A stretch of 64,000 bases of DNA from Myxococcaceae bacterium (GTDB lineage: Bacteria > Myxococcota_A > Polyangia > Polyangiales > Ga0077539), in assembly GCA_004297725.1 (NCBI GenBank), contig SCUS01000042.1:1048-65047 (forward strand), written 5' to 3'. Both the position numbers and the translations under genes were made by a program. The notes under the pieces were generated by a model. It saw only the letters and a list, made by a program, of their open reading frames with translations. It searched no databases and was not told the DNA's origin. This document shows positions 10,559 to 19,987 of this stretch, one piece after another (position 1 is the stretch's first letter; each line of letters begins with the position of its first letter).

Positions 10559-12115
10559 ATGGGCAACACGACTGATGAGCTGACGGGCCCTGACCTGGAG
10601 GCCGGGATCGCCGAGAGCGACCTCGCCGAAGGATCGAAGCTGCTCGGCCACGCGAAGGGCAGGGCCGTGCTCCTGCTCCGCTCGCCCAATGGGGTGTTCG
10701 CGATCGGCGCGACGTGCACCCACTACGGCGGTCCGCTGGTCGACGGGATCGTCGTCGGCGACACCGTGCGCTGCCCCTGGCACCACGCGTGTTTCAACCT
10801 CCGCAACGGCGCCGCGGAGCGCCCTCCCGCCCGCGACCCCGTAGATTGCTGGCAGGTCGAGCGGCAGGGCGACCGGCTCCGAGTCACGAGCCTCCTCGAT
10901 GCTCCGGAGAGCGGTTGCCCGGTCGAGTCCCCGTCGTCGGTGGTCCTCGTCGGCGGCGGCGCCGCGGCGAACGCTGCGGCCGAGACCCTGCGGCGCGAGG
11001 GCTACGAGGGGCCCATCACGATGGTGAGCGCCGACTCGGATGTCCCCGTCGACCGCCCCAACCTCTCCAAGGACTACCTCGCTGGCAACGCGCAGGACGA
11101 CTGGATCCCGCTGCGCCCGATGGCGTTCTACGAGGCGCATCGCATCCGGCTGCTGCTGTCGACGCGGGTGACCGCGATCGACATCTTCGCCCGGCGGGTG
11201 ACCCTCTCCGATGGGGCGTCGCTCGACTACGGGGCGCTGCTGCTCGCCACCGGGGCCGAGCCGATACGCCCTCCGTTGCCGGGCGCCGACGCGCCGCACG
11301 TGCACACCCTGAGGACGCTCGCCGACAGCCGCGCCATCATCGCCGCGGCGGCGACGGGGAAGACCGCGGTGGTCCTCGGGGCGAGCTTCATCGGGCTGGA
11401 GGTGGCGGCCTCGCTGCGCGCCCGCGGCGTCGCCGTGCACGTCGTGGCGCCCGAGAAGACGCCGCTGGCCCGGGTGCTCGGCGACGAGGTCGGCGCGCTG
11501 GTGCGCAGGGTCCATGAGGAGCACGGCGTGGTGTTCCACCTCGGGCAGACGGCGGCGAGCATCGGGGCCGATCAGGTGCTCCTCGAGGGCGGCGCCTCGC
11601 TGCCGGCCGAACTCGTGGTGCTGGGCGTCGGGGTGCGTCCCTCGACGGCCCTGGCGGCGGCCGCAGGGCTGTCCGTCGACCGCGGGATCCTGGTGGACAG
11701 CTACCTCGCCACCAGCGCGCCGCTGGTCTACGCGGCGGGCGACGTGGCGCGCTTCCCGGAGGGGCGGAGCGGAGAGCTGGTGCGCATCGAGCACTGGGTG
11801 GTGGCGCAGCGGCAGGGCCAGGTCGCCGCACGCAACCTGCTCGGCGCGAGAGAGCGCTTCGACGCGGTGCCCTTCTTCTGGAGCGCCCACTACGACATGA
11901 CGATCTCCTACGTCGGCCACGCGCTCTCGTGGGATCGCATCGACCTCGACGGGAGCCTCGACGCGAGGGACGCCGCGATCGCCTTCCGGCGGGGCGGTCG
12001 CACGCTGGCGGTCGCCACCATCGGCCGCGACAAGGTGGCCCTGGAGGCCGAGGCGGCGATGGAGCGGGGGGACGAGGCGGCGCTGAGGCGCATCGTTCCG
12101 GAGTCCGTGCCGTAG
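10559..12115 (+). CDS. Rieske [2Fe-2S] domain fused to an FAD/NAD(P)-dependent pyridine nucleotide-disulfide oxidoreductase (AIF/ferredoxin-reductase-like)
   Basis: Rieske ligands CTHYGGPL...CPWHHACF. FAD fold VVLVGGGAAANAAAETL. NAD fold AVVLGASFIGLEVAASL. Also YAAGDVARF. Confidence 0.85.
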   Translation: MGNTTDELTGPDLEAGIAESDLAEGSKLLGHAKGRAVLLLRSPNGVFAIGATCTHYGGPLVDGIVVGDTVRCPWHHACFNLRNGAAERPPARDPVDCWQVERQGDRLRVTSLLDAPESGCPVESPSSVVLVGGGAAANAAAETLRREGYEGPITMVSADSDVPVDRPNLSKDYLAGNAQDDWIPLRPMAFYEAHRIRLLLSTRVTAIDIFARRVTLSDGASLDYGALLLATGAEPIRPPLPGADAPHVHTLRTLADSRAIIAAAATGKTAVVLGASFIGLEVAASLRARGVAVHVVAPEKTPLARVLGDEVGALVRRVHEEHGVVFHLGQTAASIGADQVLLEGGASLPAELVVLGVGVRPSTALAAAAGLSVDRGILVDSYLATSAPLVYAAGDVARFPEGRSGELVRIEHWVVAQRQGQVAARNLLGARERFDAVPFFWSAHYDMTISYVGHALSWDRIDLDGSLDARDAAIAFRRGGRTLAVATIGRDKVALEAEAAMERGDEAALRRIVPESVP

Positions 12116-12229
12116 CTTCGCCCCGCTCGCTCCGCGGTCGTACATTCCAGTCGAGCTCGACCGGACGGACCAAGGGGGGCCGCTCCGTGTCCCCCCGGTA
12201 GGCCCGACCGACTCCTCGGAGGTGCTGTC

Positions 12230-12688
12230 ATGGAGAATCAATCAACCCTCGCCTGGATCGAGTCCCGGCGCGACCTCTGGCTCGACCTGCTGCGCATCTA
12301 TCTGGGCGCCGCGCTCTTCATCAAGGGCATGGTCTTCGTCGGCAACGCGGCGGCGCTGAGCGAGACGATGACCGCCTCGCACATCCCCTTCGGCGACGTG
12401 GGGCTGCTTCACTACGTGGTCACCGCCCACCTCGCCGGCGGCATCATGCTGCTCTTCGGCATCGCGACCCGCGCGGCCGCCGCGGCGAACATCCCGGTGC
12501 TCCTCGGGGCGGTGCTCTTCGTCCATCGTCGCGAGGGGCTCTTCGCGCCGGGGCAGTCGCTGGAGCTCACGCTGCTCGTGTTGTTCCTGCTGGTGCTCTT
12601 CACCATCAACGGCTCGGGGCGCCTCTCGGTGGACCACTACCGCCGCGCCTCGGGCTATGAGCCCCCGATGGAGCCGCACCCGGCCTGA
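12230..12688 (+). CDS. DoxX-family integral membrane protein
   Basis: GGAGGTG lies 6 nt upstream of the ATG. Four predicted TM helices. DoxX-like N-terminal segment DLLRIYLGAALFIKG. Confidence 0.6.
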   Translation: MENQSTLAWIESRRDLWLDLLRIYLGAALFIKGMVFVGNAAALSETMTASHIPFGDVGLLHYVVTAHLAGGIMLLFGIATRAAAAANIPVLLGAVLFVHRREGLFAPGQSLELTLLVLFLLVLFTINGSGRLSVDHYRRASGYEPPMEPHPA

Positions 12689-12774
12689 CTGGCGACCAGC
12701 GAAGACGCCTCCGCGGGGCCGCATGCCGAGAGGGCGCGGTCCCGCGGAAGGGGGGGGAGAGGAGCGCCGCGCGG

Positions 12775-13224
12775 TCAGTGCGTCGGCGAGGCGTTTCGGC
12801 CCTTGGTGGGCGCGACGTTGGAGGCCGCAGCCTGGTGCTGCTTCGCGAAGTTCACCATCTCCGCGGTCTCCCGACGGAAGACCTCGTAGTCGGTCTGCTG
12901 CGCGTTGAGGAACGTGCTCGCCATCATCGTGTGGCCCGCCATCATGCTGGCCTCGGCGATCTCCTCATCGGTGGCGCCGTTCAGCCGCGCCGCCTCGGTG
13001 TGGAAGAGAGCGCAGTAGCGGCACCGGGTCGCCCCGGCGATGCCGATGCCGATGAGCTCCTTGTACTTGGCGGGGATCTTCGTCTCCGCCAGGTAGAAGT
13101 CGCGCATCAGGCTCCAGAAGCCGTCGAGCGCCGGGTCGGGGAGCTGCTTCACCCAGGTCGGAACCTGGCCGAACATGCTCTCGACTTCCTTGTAGACATT
13201 GGCCTTGTTGCTCTGCGTGCCCAT
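12775..13224 (-). CDS. Carboxymuconolactone decarboxylase / AhpD-like peroxidase family protein
   Basis: CxxC active-site context GATRCRYCALFHTEAARLNGATDEEI. I chose the start at ATG 13224 because AAGGAG (13233-13238, minus strand) lies 8 nt upstream. The longer ORF to 13341 was rejected. Confidence 0.8.
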   Translation of the reverse strand: MGTQSNKANVYKEVESMFGQVPTWVKQLPDPALDGFWSLMRDFYLAETKIPAKYKELIGIGIAGATRCRYCALFHTEAARLNGATDEEIAEASMMAGHTMMASTFLNAQQTDYEVFRRETAEMVNFAKQHQAAASNVAPTKGRNASPTH

Positions 13225-13494
13225 AGGACGTTCTCCTTTGGCCATCCTCTCCACAGCGACGACCCGCGCCGAGTTGAGAAGACGGCAGCAAAAGAACCCA
13301 ACGCTCCGCGTCACCGCGGAACGCAGCTCGAAGCCATGCACCCGCGACCGCTCTCCCTCGCACGGCGAGGGCGAAGAGCCAGTGGATGCGTCAGCGTCCA
13401 GGCCGACGCCGCGGGAGCCCGATGGATGGGAGATCGGTCACTGGATGAGCCCCCCTCCTTCCAGCGGCCCGGTAGCAGCCGCGGAGCAAATTCT

Positions 13495-13516
13495 GCCGCC
13501 CGGGGGGGAGGGCGGC
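13495..13516 (-). terminator. Candidate terminator hairpin downstream of the IPT/TIG lipoprotein gene
   Basis: 7-bp GC stem GCCGCCC/GGGCGGC with an 8-nt loop, starting 11 nt after the stop at 13527. On the minus strand it is followed by AGAATTTGC, which is relatively T-rich for this genome. Confidence 0.35.
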
Positions 13517-13526
13517 AAGGCGATAG

Positions 13527-15632
13527 TCATCGAGTGAGGTAGGTGCCCCGGCCGGCGTAGGCGCTCCAGTACTGCTGCCCGATGGTGGTGTACGTGAAGC
13601 GGTTGAAGTCGAAGCCGTTGAGGCGGAGGCCGACCAGGGAGAGGTTGAGCGGAGAGCCGCTCGGCAGGTCGCTCAATCCCATCAACGAAGACAGGTCGGG
13701 GTACTGGAAGGTGCGCTCGGCGCCAGGGGCGATGTGCTGCCAGGAGCTTCCGGCCCACTGCATGGTGAAGAGCAGCAGGTCGGGCGACGAGCCCTCGATG
13801 GCCACGCGCACGGTGCGGTCGGTCGGCAGGCGCGCGCCCGCGGTGGGGGCGGTCATCCGGGGGATGCCCAGCCAGCCGCGCACCCGCACGGTCTCGTCGG
13901 GCGAGGTGATGCCCGAGAGCACGAGGCCGGTGCAGGGAGCGGGGGTGTCCTGGAAGGCCGTCGGGCCGGTGACGGCGCCCGACGCGAGGCGGGCGTGGAT
14001 GGTGAGCCGGGCGTCGGCGAGGTTGCGGTTGAAGGCCGGCAGACCCGACAGGCGATAGGCGCCGCTGTCGAGCCCGGTGACCGTCGCGTGGGGCATCGGC
14101 ATCACCCCTTCGCCGCCGAGGTCGATGAAGGCGCTCGCGTGAAACTGGTCGGGCGCGTCGACGTCGGTGCCCTCGAGCGGAGCGACCTCGAGCGGGGTCT
14201 CGTGGTCGAGGGGGATGTTCATGTCGATGACGACGTTTTCGATCGTCGCCCGGGGAGCCCCGAGGACGCTGCGGGCCACGCCCATCACCCACGGGGTGAA
14301 GCGCACCGGGGTCATGGAGCCCGCCGGGACGACGTTCTCCAGACCCGCGAGCGCGTAGACGGCCACCGCGGCGGGGCGCGCCTGGAGCTGGAAGGGATAG
14401 CCGCGGCCGCCGCCGGTGGCGGGGACGATCTCCAGCACCTGATCGCGCTGCTGCGCGAGCGCGGCGCCGGTGGGGTCGGCGGTGAAGATGTCCGGGCGGG
14501 AGACCCAGACGTAGGCCACCCGGCGGAAGCCCTCGCGGGGCTCCGGGATGTTCGACCAGGGGTTGGGGCCGAACTCGTTGGAGCCCGTCCAGACGAGCTC
14601 GCCCGAGATGGTGGCGGGGTAGACCGGGCGCTGCGGCATGCCCATCGGCATCCCGGGGCTGCCGCAGCCGGGGATCATCAACGGCTGCAGGTAGATGGTC
14701 GCGTTGCGGGCGTCGAAGGACTGGATCGTGGTGGTGGTGTGGCAGCGCTCCGAGGCGGTCACCGTCACCGGGGGGCGAAGCATCGGGGGAGAGAGGGTCA
14801 CCTGGCCGCGAGCGCTCGTCTGGCCTGCGCTCGGCGGCACGGCGCCGGGCTCGTTGTTGAGGAAGACGAAGGCCGAGGGCACCGGGTCGCCGGACATCGC
14901 ATCGAGCACCGTCACGGTGATGCTGCCCGCGAGCGTCCCTCCGGAGAGGCCGCCGCCGACGCTGTCGGCGCTGTCGGCGTAGGTGTAGCCGTCGGTGATG
15001 GAGAGCTGCTCGTCCTGGTTGTCGAGGGCGACCTCGACGCGGCCGTCGGGGTGCGCGGGCGTGAGGCAGGAGAGCAGCTCCGGCCCGGTGACCATGAGCC
15101 CGGTGCAGGGCGCTCCGTCGAAGGTCACCCGCATGCCGTCGCGGAAGTGGGTGCCGAGGCCGTGAACGCTCACCCTCGCTCCGCCCGTCGTGGGGCCGAG
15201 CGGCGGGTCGACGTAGAAGCTGTCATAGCGGTAGCCCCGGGGGAGCGTGCCCGTGCGGCCCGCGATCTCGACCTCGACGTCGACCTCCCCGGCGCGCCCG
15301 GCGGGGGTGCGCACGGTGATGCGGTTGCGGTCGACGAAGGTGGTGTAGCGGGGCTGCACCAGGTTGCCGCCGAAGCGCACGACGGCGTCTTCGGTGAAGT
15401 TCGAGCCGCGCAGCGTGACCTCGGTGCCGCCGAGGAAGGAGCCGTGCCCTGGCTGCACGCCCACCAGCGTCGGGGCGGGCATCGGGCGGGCGTCGGGCCC
15501 GGCGTCCACCCGGGCGTCGGCGCCGGCGTCGACGCGCTCGGGGGGCAGGGTCAACGCCTCTTCCGCGCACCCGCCCAGCAGTCCGAACGCGGCGAGAGAG
15601 AAAATACACCGACGGGTAAAGGCGACGCGCAT
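13527..15632 (-). CDS. Lipoprotein with two N-terminal IPT/TIG domains and a large uncharacterised C-terminal region
   Basis: Signal/lipobox LLGGC. IPT-like segments VGVQPGHGSFLGGTEVTLRGSNFTEDAVVRFGG...VDVEV and VDPPLGPTTGGARVSVHGLGTHF...VEVAL. Start taken at ATG 15632 (MRVAFTRR). Confidence 0.7.
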   Translation of the reverse strand: MRVAFTRRCIFSLAAFGLLGGCAEEALTLPPERVDAGADARVDAGPDARPMPAPTLVGVQPGHGSFLGGTEVTLRGSNFTEDAVVRFGGNLVQPRYTTFVDRNRITVRTPAGRAGEVDVEVEIAGRTGTLPRGYRYDSFYVDPPLGPTTGGARVSVHGLGTHFRDGMRVTFDGAPCTGLMVTGPELLSCLTPAHPDGRVEVALDNQDEQLSITDGYTYADSADSVGGGLSGGTLAGSITVTVLDAMSGDPVPSAFVFLNNEPGAVPPSAGQTSARGQVTLSPPMLRPPVTVTASERCHTTTTIQSFDARNATIYLQPLMIPGCGSPGMPMGMPQRPVYPATISGELVWTGSNEFGPNPWSNIPEPREGFRRVAYVWVSRPDIFTADPTGAALAQQRDQVLEIVPATGGGRGYPFQLQARPAAVAVYALAGLENVVPAGSMTPVRFTPWVMGVARSVLGAPRATIENVVIDMNIPLDHETPLEVAPLEGTDVDAPDQFHASAFIDLGGEGVMPMPHATVTGLDSGAYRLSGLPAFNRNLADARLTIHARLASGAVTGPTAFQDTPAPCTGLVLSGITSPDETVRVRGWLGIPRMTAPTAGARLPTDRTVRVAIEGSSPDLLLFTMQWAGSSWQHIAPGAERTFQYPDLSSLMGLSDLPSGSPLNLSLVGLRLNGFDFNRFTYTTIGQQYWSAYAGRGTYLTR

Positions 15633-15832
15633 GGGCGGATGAGCTCCTCGCGGGCGAGTATCCGGGAGTCGCACCCCCGAGCGCAACGCGCTCACCGGCG
15701 AAGCCCTGCGCCCCGCCGCTCCCCCTCCATTGGCGATATCGGTGCTTGACCTACATCGGCACCATGCCTTAGAAAGCGCCGCAAGCGGCGGCCACTTCGG
15801 TCGCGCGCCCCTAAAGAACGGTGGGTGCTGTC

Positions 15833-17455
15833 ATGGGAGCTCGACTGAAGCGATTCGGCTACGGGGTGTCTTGCGTGGCGCTGGTGCTCTCCGGGTGCGC
15901 CACCGACGAGGCCCTGCTGGAGGGCGACGACACCGAGTCGCCGACCGACCTCACGGTCAGCGAGCTCACCGGCGCCAACGCGGTGGGCCGCAACGCCACG
16001 GTGCAGAGCTACGTGCTGGTGCGTGTCGGCGCGAGCGACAGCGAGATCCAGCGCGCGGCGGTGCAGCAGCTCCGTCCCCTCTTCGGCGCCATGAAGGCCC
16101 ACGACATCGGCCTCGGCAACCGGCTCGACTCCCCGACCGCGACGAGCTTCATCGACGCCAGCACCTTCGTGCGCGACACCGTCGACGTGATCGACCCGGC
16201 GCACCCCGAGACCCGCGTCTCGCAGATGCAGCGCGTGCGCTTCACCTACCGCGATCGCGCGGTGGTCAATCTCCGCCACCAGTCGCGGCGCGCCTGGTCG
16301 ACCAGCTCGCTCTTCGGCGACTACAGCTCGCACGCGAGCGAGATCGTCCAGCAGTGCCAGAGCGAGCACCAGGACTGGGGCGCGTCGGGCATCTGGTACA
16401 ACTTCGAGCCGCACCTGAGCGCGTGTCAGTCGCTCATCAACGCCGAGGTCACCCGGCTCGCGGCGGAGCGGCGTCGCCTCCGTAACGGCGACCGCGAGAT
16501 CACCGTCGGGGAGAGCACCCGCTGGTTCACCCCCATCACCATCAAGCTCACGGCGATCTCCCGCACCGAGACCAAGTACCCCGACTACCACCGCCTCTGG
16601 GACGACGGTCGTCTGGTGATCGGTGCGTACTTCGGGGAAGACAAGCACGACGACGCCAACGACTACGGCGCGCGCAACCTCTTCCAGTACGTTCGCGCGG
16701 TGCTCCAGGCGCGGCCCGAGCTGCGGGCCTCGGCGCCGGGCACCGACCTCACCACGGTCTCCTTCGGCGGCGCGACCATCAGCAACGTCACGCCCCTCCA
16801 GGTCGCCCAGTGGATCGTCGACAAGAGCAACTACCCCGCGCAGGTGCCGTTCGCGATGCGCGACGCCTTCCGCCTGGCGGTGATTCGTCAGTGGCGCGAC
16901 AAGACCATCACCTTCGCCGCGCCGGTGAGCGTGTCCATCAACGGCGCCGCTCGCGCCGGCACCGCCGAGGTCCGCGTGTTCTACGGCGACGAGGAGAGCT
17001 TCAGCTCCGGCGCCGTGCAGCGCTACCAGGCGGCCTTCCGCGAGGTCGACGTCTTCCAGTACACCGGGCACTCGCACCTCGGGTCGGGCCCGCTCGACGC
17101 CCGTAACTACAGCGCAGCGAGCTTCCCCAATCGCTATCAGATCCTGATGGTGAACTCGTGCGTGTCGTTCAACTACTACAACGCGTACTTCGATATGCAC
17201 CCCGGCGGCACCGCCAACCTGGACACCGTGACCAACGGCCTCCCGGTCTACCTCGAGGGCTCCGGGCTCTCCGCGGGGCTCTTCGCGGTGGCCTTCCTCG
17301 ACGGCCGCTTCCGCTCCTACGCCGACATCCTCGGCTCGATGCGCGTCGACCTCCCCTGGGAGCGCGGACATGACGCCAACCGCGTCGCCGACGGGGAGAC
17401 CGACAACACCTTCACGCCGACCCGTCAGCGCATGACGCTGAGCTTCACCCGCTAG
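15833..17455 (+). CDS. Lipoprotein with a C-terminal caspase/gingipain-like (clan CD) His-Cys dyad signature
   Basis: Lipobox LSGC. A hydrophobic strand plus His-Gly (VDVFQYTGHSHLG) is followed 30 residues later by a hydrophobic strand plus Ser-Cys (YQILMVNSCVSF). The start could also be GTG 15821. Confidence 0.65.
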   Translation: MGARLKRFGYGVSCVALVLSGCATDEALLEGDDTESPTDLTVSELTGANAVGRNATVQSYVLVRVGASDSEIQRAAVQQLRPLFGAMKAHDIGLGNRLDSPTATSFIDASTFVRDTVDVIDPAHPETRVSQMQRVRFTYRDRAVVNLRHQSRRAWSTSSLFGDYSSHASEIVQQCQSEHQDWGASGIWYNFEPHLSACQSLINAEVTRLAAERRRLRNGDREITVGESTRWFTPITIKLTAISRTETKYPDYHRLWDDGRLVIGAYFGEDKHDDANDYGARNLFQYVRAVLQARPELRASAPGTDLTTVSFGGATISNVTPLQVAQWIVDKSNYPAQVPFAMRDAFRLAVIRQWRDKTITFAAPVSVSINGAARAGTAEVRVFYGDEESFSSGAVQRYQAAFREVDVFQYTGHSHLGSGPLDARNYSAASFPNRYQILMVNSCVSFNYYNAYFDMHPGGTANLDTVTNGLPVYLEGSGLSAGLFAVAFLDGRFRSYADILGSMRVDLPWERGHDANRVADGETDNTFTPTRQRMTLSFTR

Positions 17456-18288
17456 CGCTGCTCCTCGGGCACCCAGTACGTGTCCCGCCCGCCGATCTTG
17501 ATGACCTGCACCGCGCGCCCCGCCGGGTCGCTCTCCTTCCGATAGACCTTCATCACGTCGGTGTAGTCCAGGTCGCTGGCGATCACCGCGGCCATCAGGT
17601 CGACCACCGCGCCGTGCAGCACCGCCGCCTCCGTGGGGGTCACCGCGTTGGCCGCCCGGTTGGGGGCGATCTTCGCCCGGTAGAGCGCCTCGCACGCGTA
17701 CATGTTGCCAATGCCCGCCTGGTGACCCTGGTCGAGCAGTATCTCCTTCACGGCCTTTCGAGAGCCCGAGAGCGATCTTCGTAGCGAGTCCACCGTCCAG
17801 ACCTGTCGGTAGGCGGGGTCGGACTCCTCGGTGATGAGCACGTCGGGGCCGAGGGCCTTGAGCTCTTCGCACAGGGCGCTGGTGATCCCAGGGAAGGCGT
17901 GCACCTTGCCGCGGCGCTCGGGCTCGTTGAACTCCAGCCGACGGCCACGGGCCACGAGCCAGAACGAGCTGGCCTTCTTGTCCGGTGGCGACAGGTGGTG
18001 TCGATAGTTGGAGACATAGGGCTCATCGGACATCGTCCAGCGCCCGGCGTGCATCAGGTGCGAGGTGACCGTGCCGGTGGAGAGGGCCATCACGATGTGC
18101 TTGCCCCGCTGGGTGACCGAGGAGAGCGTCGCGCCGCGGAAGAACGCGTCGAGCTTCGCCTTGCGCTCGGGGTCGGTCTTCATCTCCGGGAAGTGCCCGC
18201 CGAAGTGGCCGTGGTCTTCGATGACCCAGCCGGTGACGCGCTCTCGAAGCCAGACGACCTGACGATGGACCTCGGGGAATTCAGGCAT
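17452..18288 (-). CDS. Fpg/Nei-family DNA glycosylase/AP lyase, zincless-finger variant
   Basis: N-terminus MPEFPEV (catalytic Pro2/Glu3). H2TH motif LLDQGHQAGIGNMYACEALYRAKI. The C-terminus GRDTYWVPEEQR sits where family members have the Cys4 finger. AAGGAG lies 7 nt upstream of ATG 18288. Confidence 0.85.
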   Translation of the reverse strand: MPEFPEVHRQVVWLRERVTGWVIEDHGHFGGHFPEMKTDPERKAKLDAFFRGATLSSVTQRGKHIVMALSTGTVTSHLMHAGRWTMSDEPYVSNYRHHLSPPDKKASSFWLVARGRRLEFNEPERRGKVHAFPGITSALCEELKALGPDVLITEESDPAYRQVWTVDSLRRSLSGSRKAVKEILLDQGHQAGIGNMYACEALYRAKIAPNRAANAVTPTEAAVLHGAVVDLMAAVIASDLDYTDVMKVYRKESDPAGRAVQVIKIGGRDTYWVPEEQR

Positions 18289-18311
18289 GACGGTGCTCCT
18301 TGGAAGTGGGT

Positions 18312-19970
18312 TCAGCCGTTCCAGTCGACGCGGAGGGATTGGAGCCACGAGGCGCGAGCGGCCAGCACCTCATCGGAGTAGAGGCCCGGCGCGTCGTCGA
18401 GGCGGGCTTCCTGGATGGTCCCGGTGGCGGCGTCGACCACGGAGAGCACCAGCACCCCGTTGGAGCGCACGTCGAGGCGCACCTCCGCGCGAGCGCCGTC
18501 GGGCATCGGCTGGGGGAAGGTCATCCGGTACTCGCCCACCCTCGTCGCCTCGCGCTCGCTGCGGCCCTCGAAGACCTCCACGGGCAGCACGCTCGACCCG
18601 CCGCGGACGCTGAACGTCCGTCGCCCCACGAAGGGGGTCGCCGTCCCCGCGGGCACCAGCGGGATCAGCACCGCCCGACGCCCGCCGGGGGACTCCGGGG
18701 AGGGCTCCCAGGCGCGCACCGAGAAGGTGTCGGGCACCACGCCGCTCAGCGCGACGCCCACCCGGGCGCCCCCCTCCGCGAGGGCCGCGCCGTGGATGGC
18801 CGCCCCCGAGGCGACGATGGTCAGCGGGTTCAGCGGGTGACCGGGATCGTCGTGGATACGCACCCTTGGGCAACGCTCGCGCATCCGTTGTTGGAGGGGC
18901 CAGAGCAGCGACGAGCCGCCCGTAAGCAACACCTCGTCGAGGGAGCTCCAGTCCAGCGAGGCCCGGCGGAGGGCCTCCTCGGCGCAGGCCATGGCGCGGT
19001 CGAGCTCGCCGCCGATGGAGCGGGAGAGCTCGGCGAGGGAGAGCTCGAGGGTGACCTCCTCGCCTTCGGTGTCCTGATCGAAGACCGGGGTGAACTTCCG
19101 GCGGCGCGAGCGGGAGAGCGGTGAGGGGTCCGTTCCGGCGTCGGTGTTGAGCGAGATCTTGAACCACTCGGCCAGCTCGAGCAGGCGCTCACGGGTGGAC
19201 TCGTTCACCGCCGCGAGGCTGAACGCATGATCCGAGGCGCGCTCGGCGTACTGGGTGACGAGCGCGTCGCGGATGCGCTGGTCGATGGCGAGCCCGCCGA
19301 GCTGCACGCCGTAGGAGTCGATCGCGTGGAGCTGCGCCACGCCCGGTCCCCCCTCGCGGCGGAGCAGGGTGACGTCGAGGGTTCCTCCGCCGAAGTCGAA
19401 GACCATGAAGGTCTGCGATGTCCCTTGAGCGCCGACGGCTCTCGCGTGGAGCCCATAGGCCCAGCCCGCCGCGTCGGGCTCGGTGATCATTCCCCACAAC
19501 GGGAGCCCGGCCATCTTCGCGGCCTGCCCCGTGGCGAGCTTCTCCCGGTTGCGGAAGCGCTGCGGGTGCGACACCACCACGCCGTCGAGCGGGGGCAGAG
19601 CGGGGCGCGCGCGCACCATCTCCGCGAGCGTGCGGAGGATCACCGCCGCGATGTCCGTGGAGTAGAGCTCGCGCTCTCCGAGGCGCCACGGAGGGCCGGC
19701 GTAGACCGAGCTTCCGACGCCCATGTGGTTCTTCGATCCGCGCACCAGCACCACGTCGCCGGGGGCTCTCTCGGCCTCTCCGACGAGCTCGCGGTAGGCC
19801 GACGGGGCGCGCGATCCGACGACCGCGCGGGGGCCGCCTCGGGAGGTGAGCAGCACCAGCGAGGCGAGGGTGGGGCCGCCGCCTTCGAGGGTGACCAGCC
19901 GGGGCTGGCCGCGCTCGACATAGGCGACGGAGCAGAAGGTGGTTCCGAGGTCGATGCCGTAGACCGCCAC
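18312..19970 (-). CDS. Hsp70-family ATPase (HscC/DnaK-like, short C-terminus)
   Basis: Phosphate-1 motif YGIDLGTTFCSVAY, phosphate-2 motif MVFDFGGGTLDVTLL and adenosine motif VLLTGGSSLLWPLQ. Beta-sandwich substrate-binding-like C-terminus. GTG start. Confidence 0.85.
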   Translation of the reverse strand: MAVYGIDLGTTFCSVAYVERGQPRLVTLEGGGPTLASLVLLTSRGGPRAVVGSRAPSAYRELVGEAERAPGDVVLVRGSKNHMGVGSSVYAGPPWRLGERELYSTDIAAVILRTLAEMVRARPALPPLDGVVVSHPQRFRNREKLATGQAAKMAGLPLWGMITEPDAAGWAYGLHARAVGAQGTSQTFMVFDFGGGTLDVTLLRREGGPGVAQLHAIDSYGVQLGGLAIDQRIRDALVTQYAERASDHAFSLAAVNESTRERLLELAEWFKISLNTDAGTDPSPLSRSRRRKFTPVFDQDTEGEEVTLELSLAELSRSIGGELDRAMACAEEALRRASLDWSSLDEVLLTGGSSLLWPLQQRMRERCPRVRIHDDPGHPLNPLTIVASGAAIHGAALAEGGARVGVALSGVVPDTFSVRAWEPSPESPGGRRAVLIPLVPAGTATPFVGRRTFSVRGGSSVLPVEVFEGRSEREATRVGEYRMTFPQPMPDGARAEVRLDVRSNGVLVLSVVDAATGTIQEARLDDAPGLYSDEVLAARASWLQSLRVDWNG

Positions 19971-19987
19971 TGGGGACTACCGGGGGC

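Noticed and set aside
8185-10719. 844-aa minus-strand ORF, plus the neighbouring 10352-12241 (629 aa) minus-strand ORF.
   Set aside because: Both are antisense to genes with clear motifs (Cys-rich/PPC lipoprotein; Rieske-FAD reductase). Composition is Arg/Ala/Gly-rich and there are no signals.
13734-17872. Long antisense ORFs 13734-15749 (+) and 15692-17872 (-).
   Set aside because: They mirror the IPT/TIG lipoprotein and clan-CD-like lipoprotein genes and have degenerate composition.
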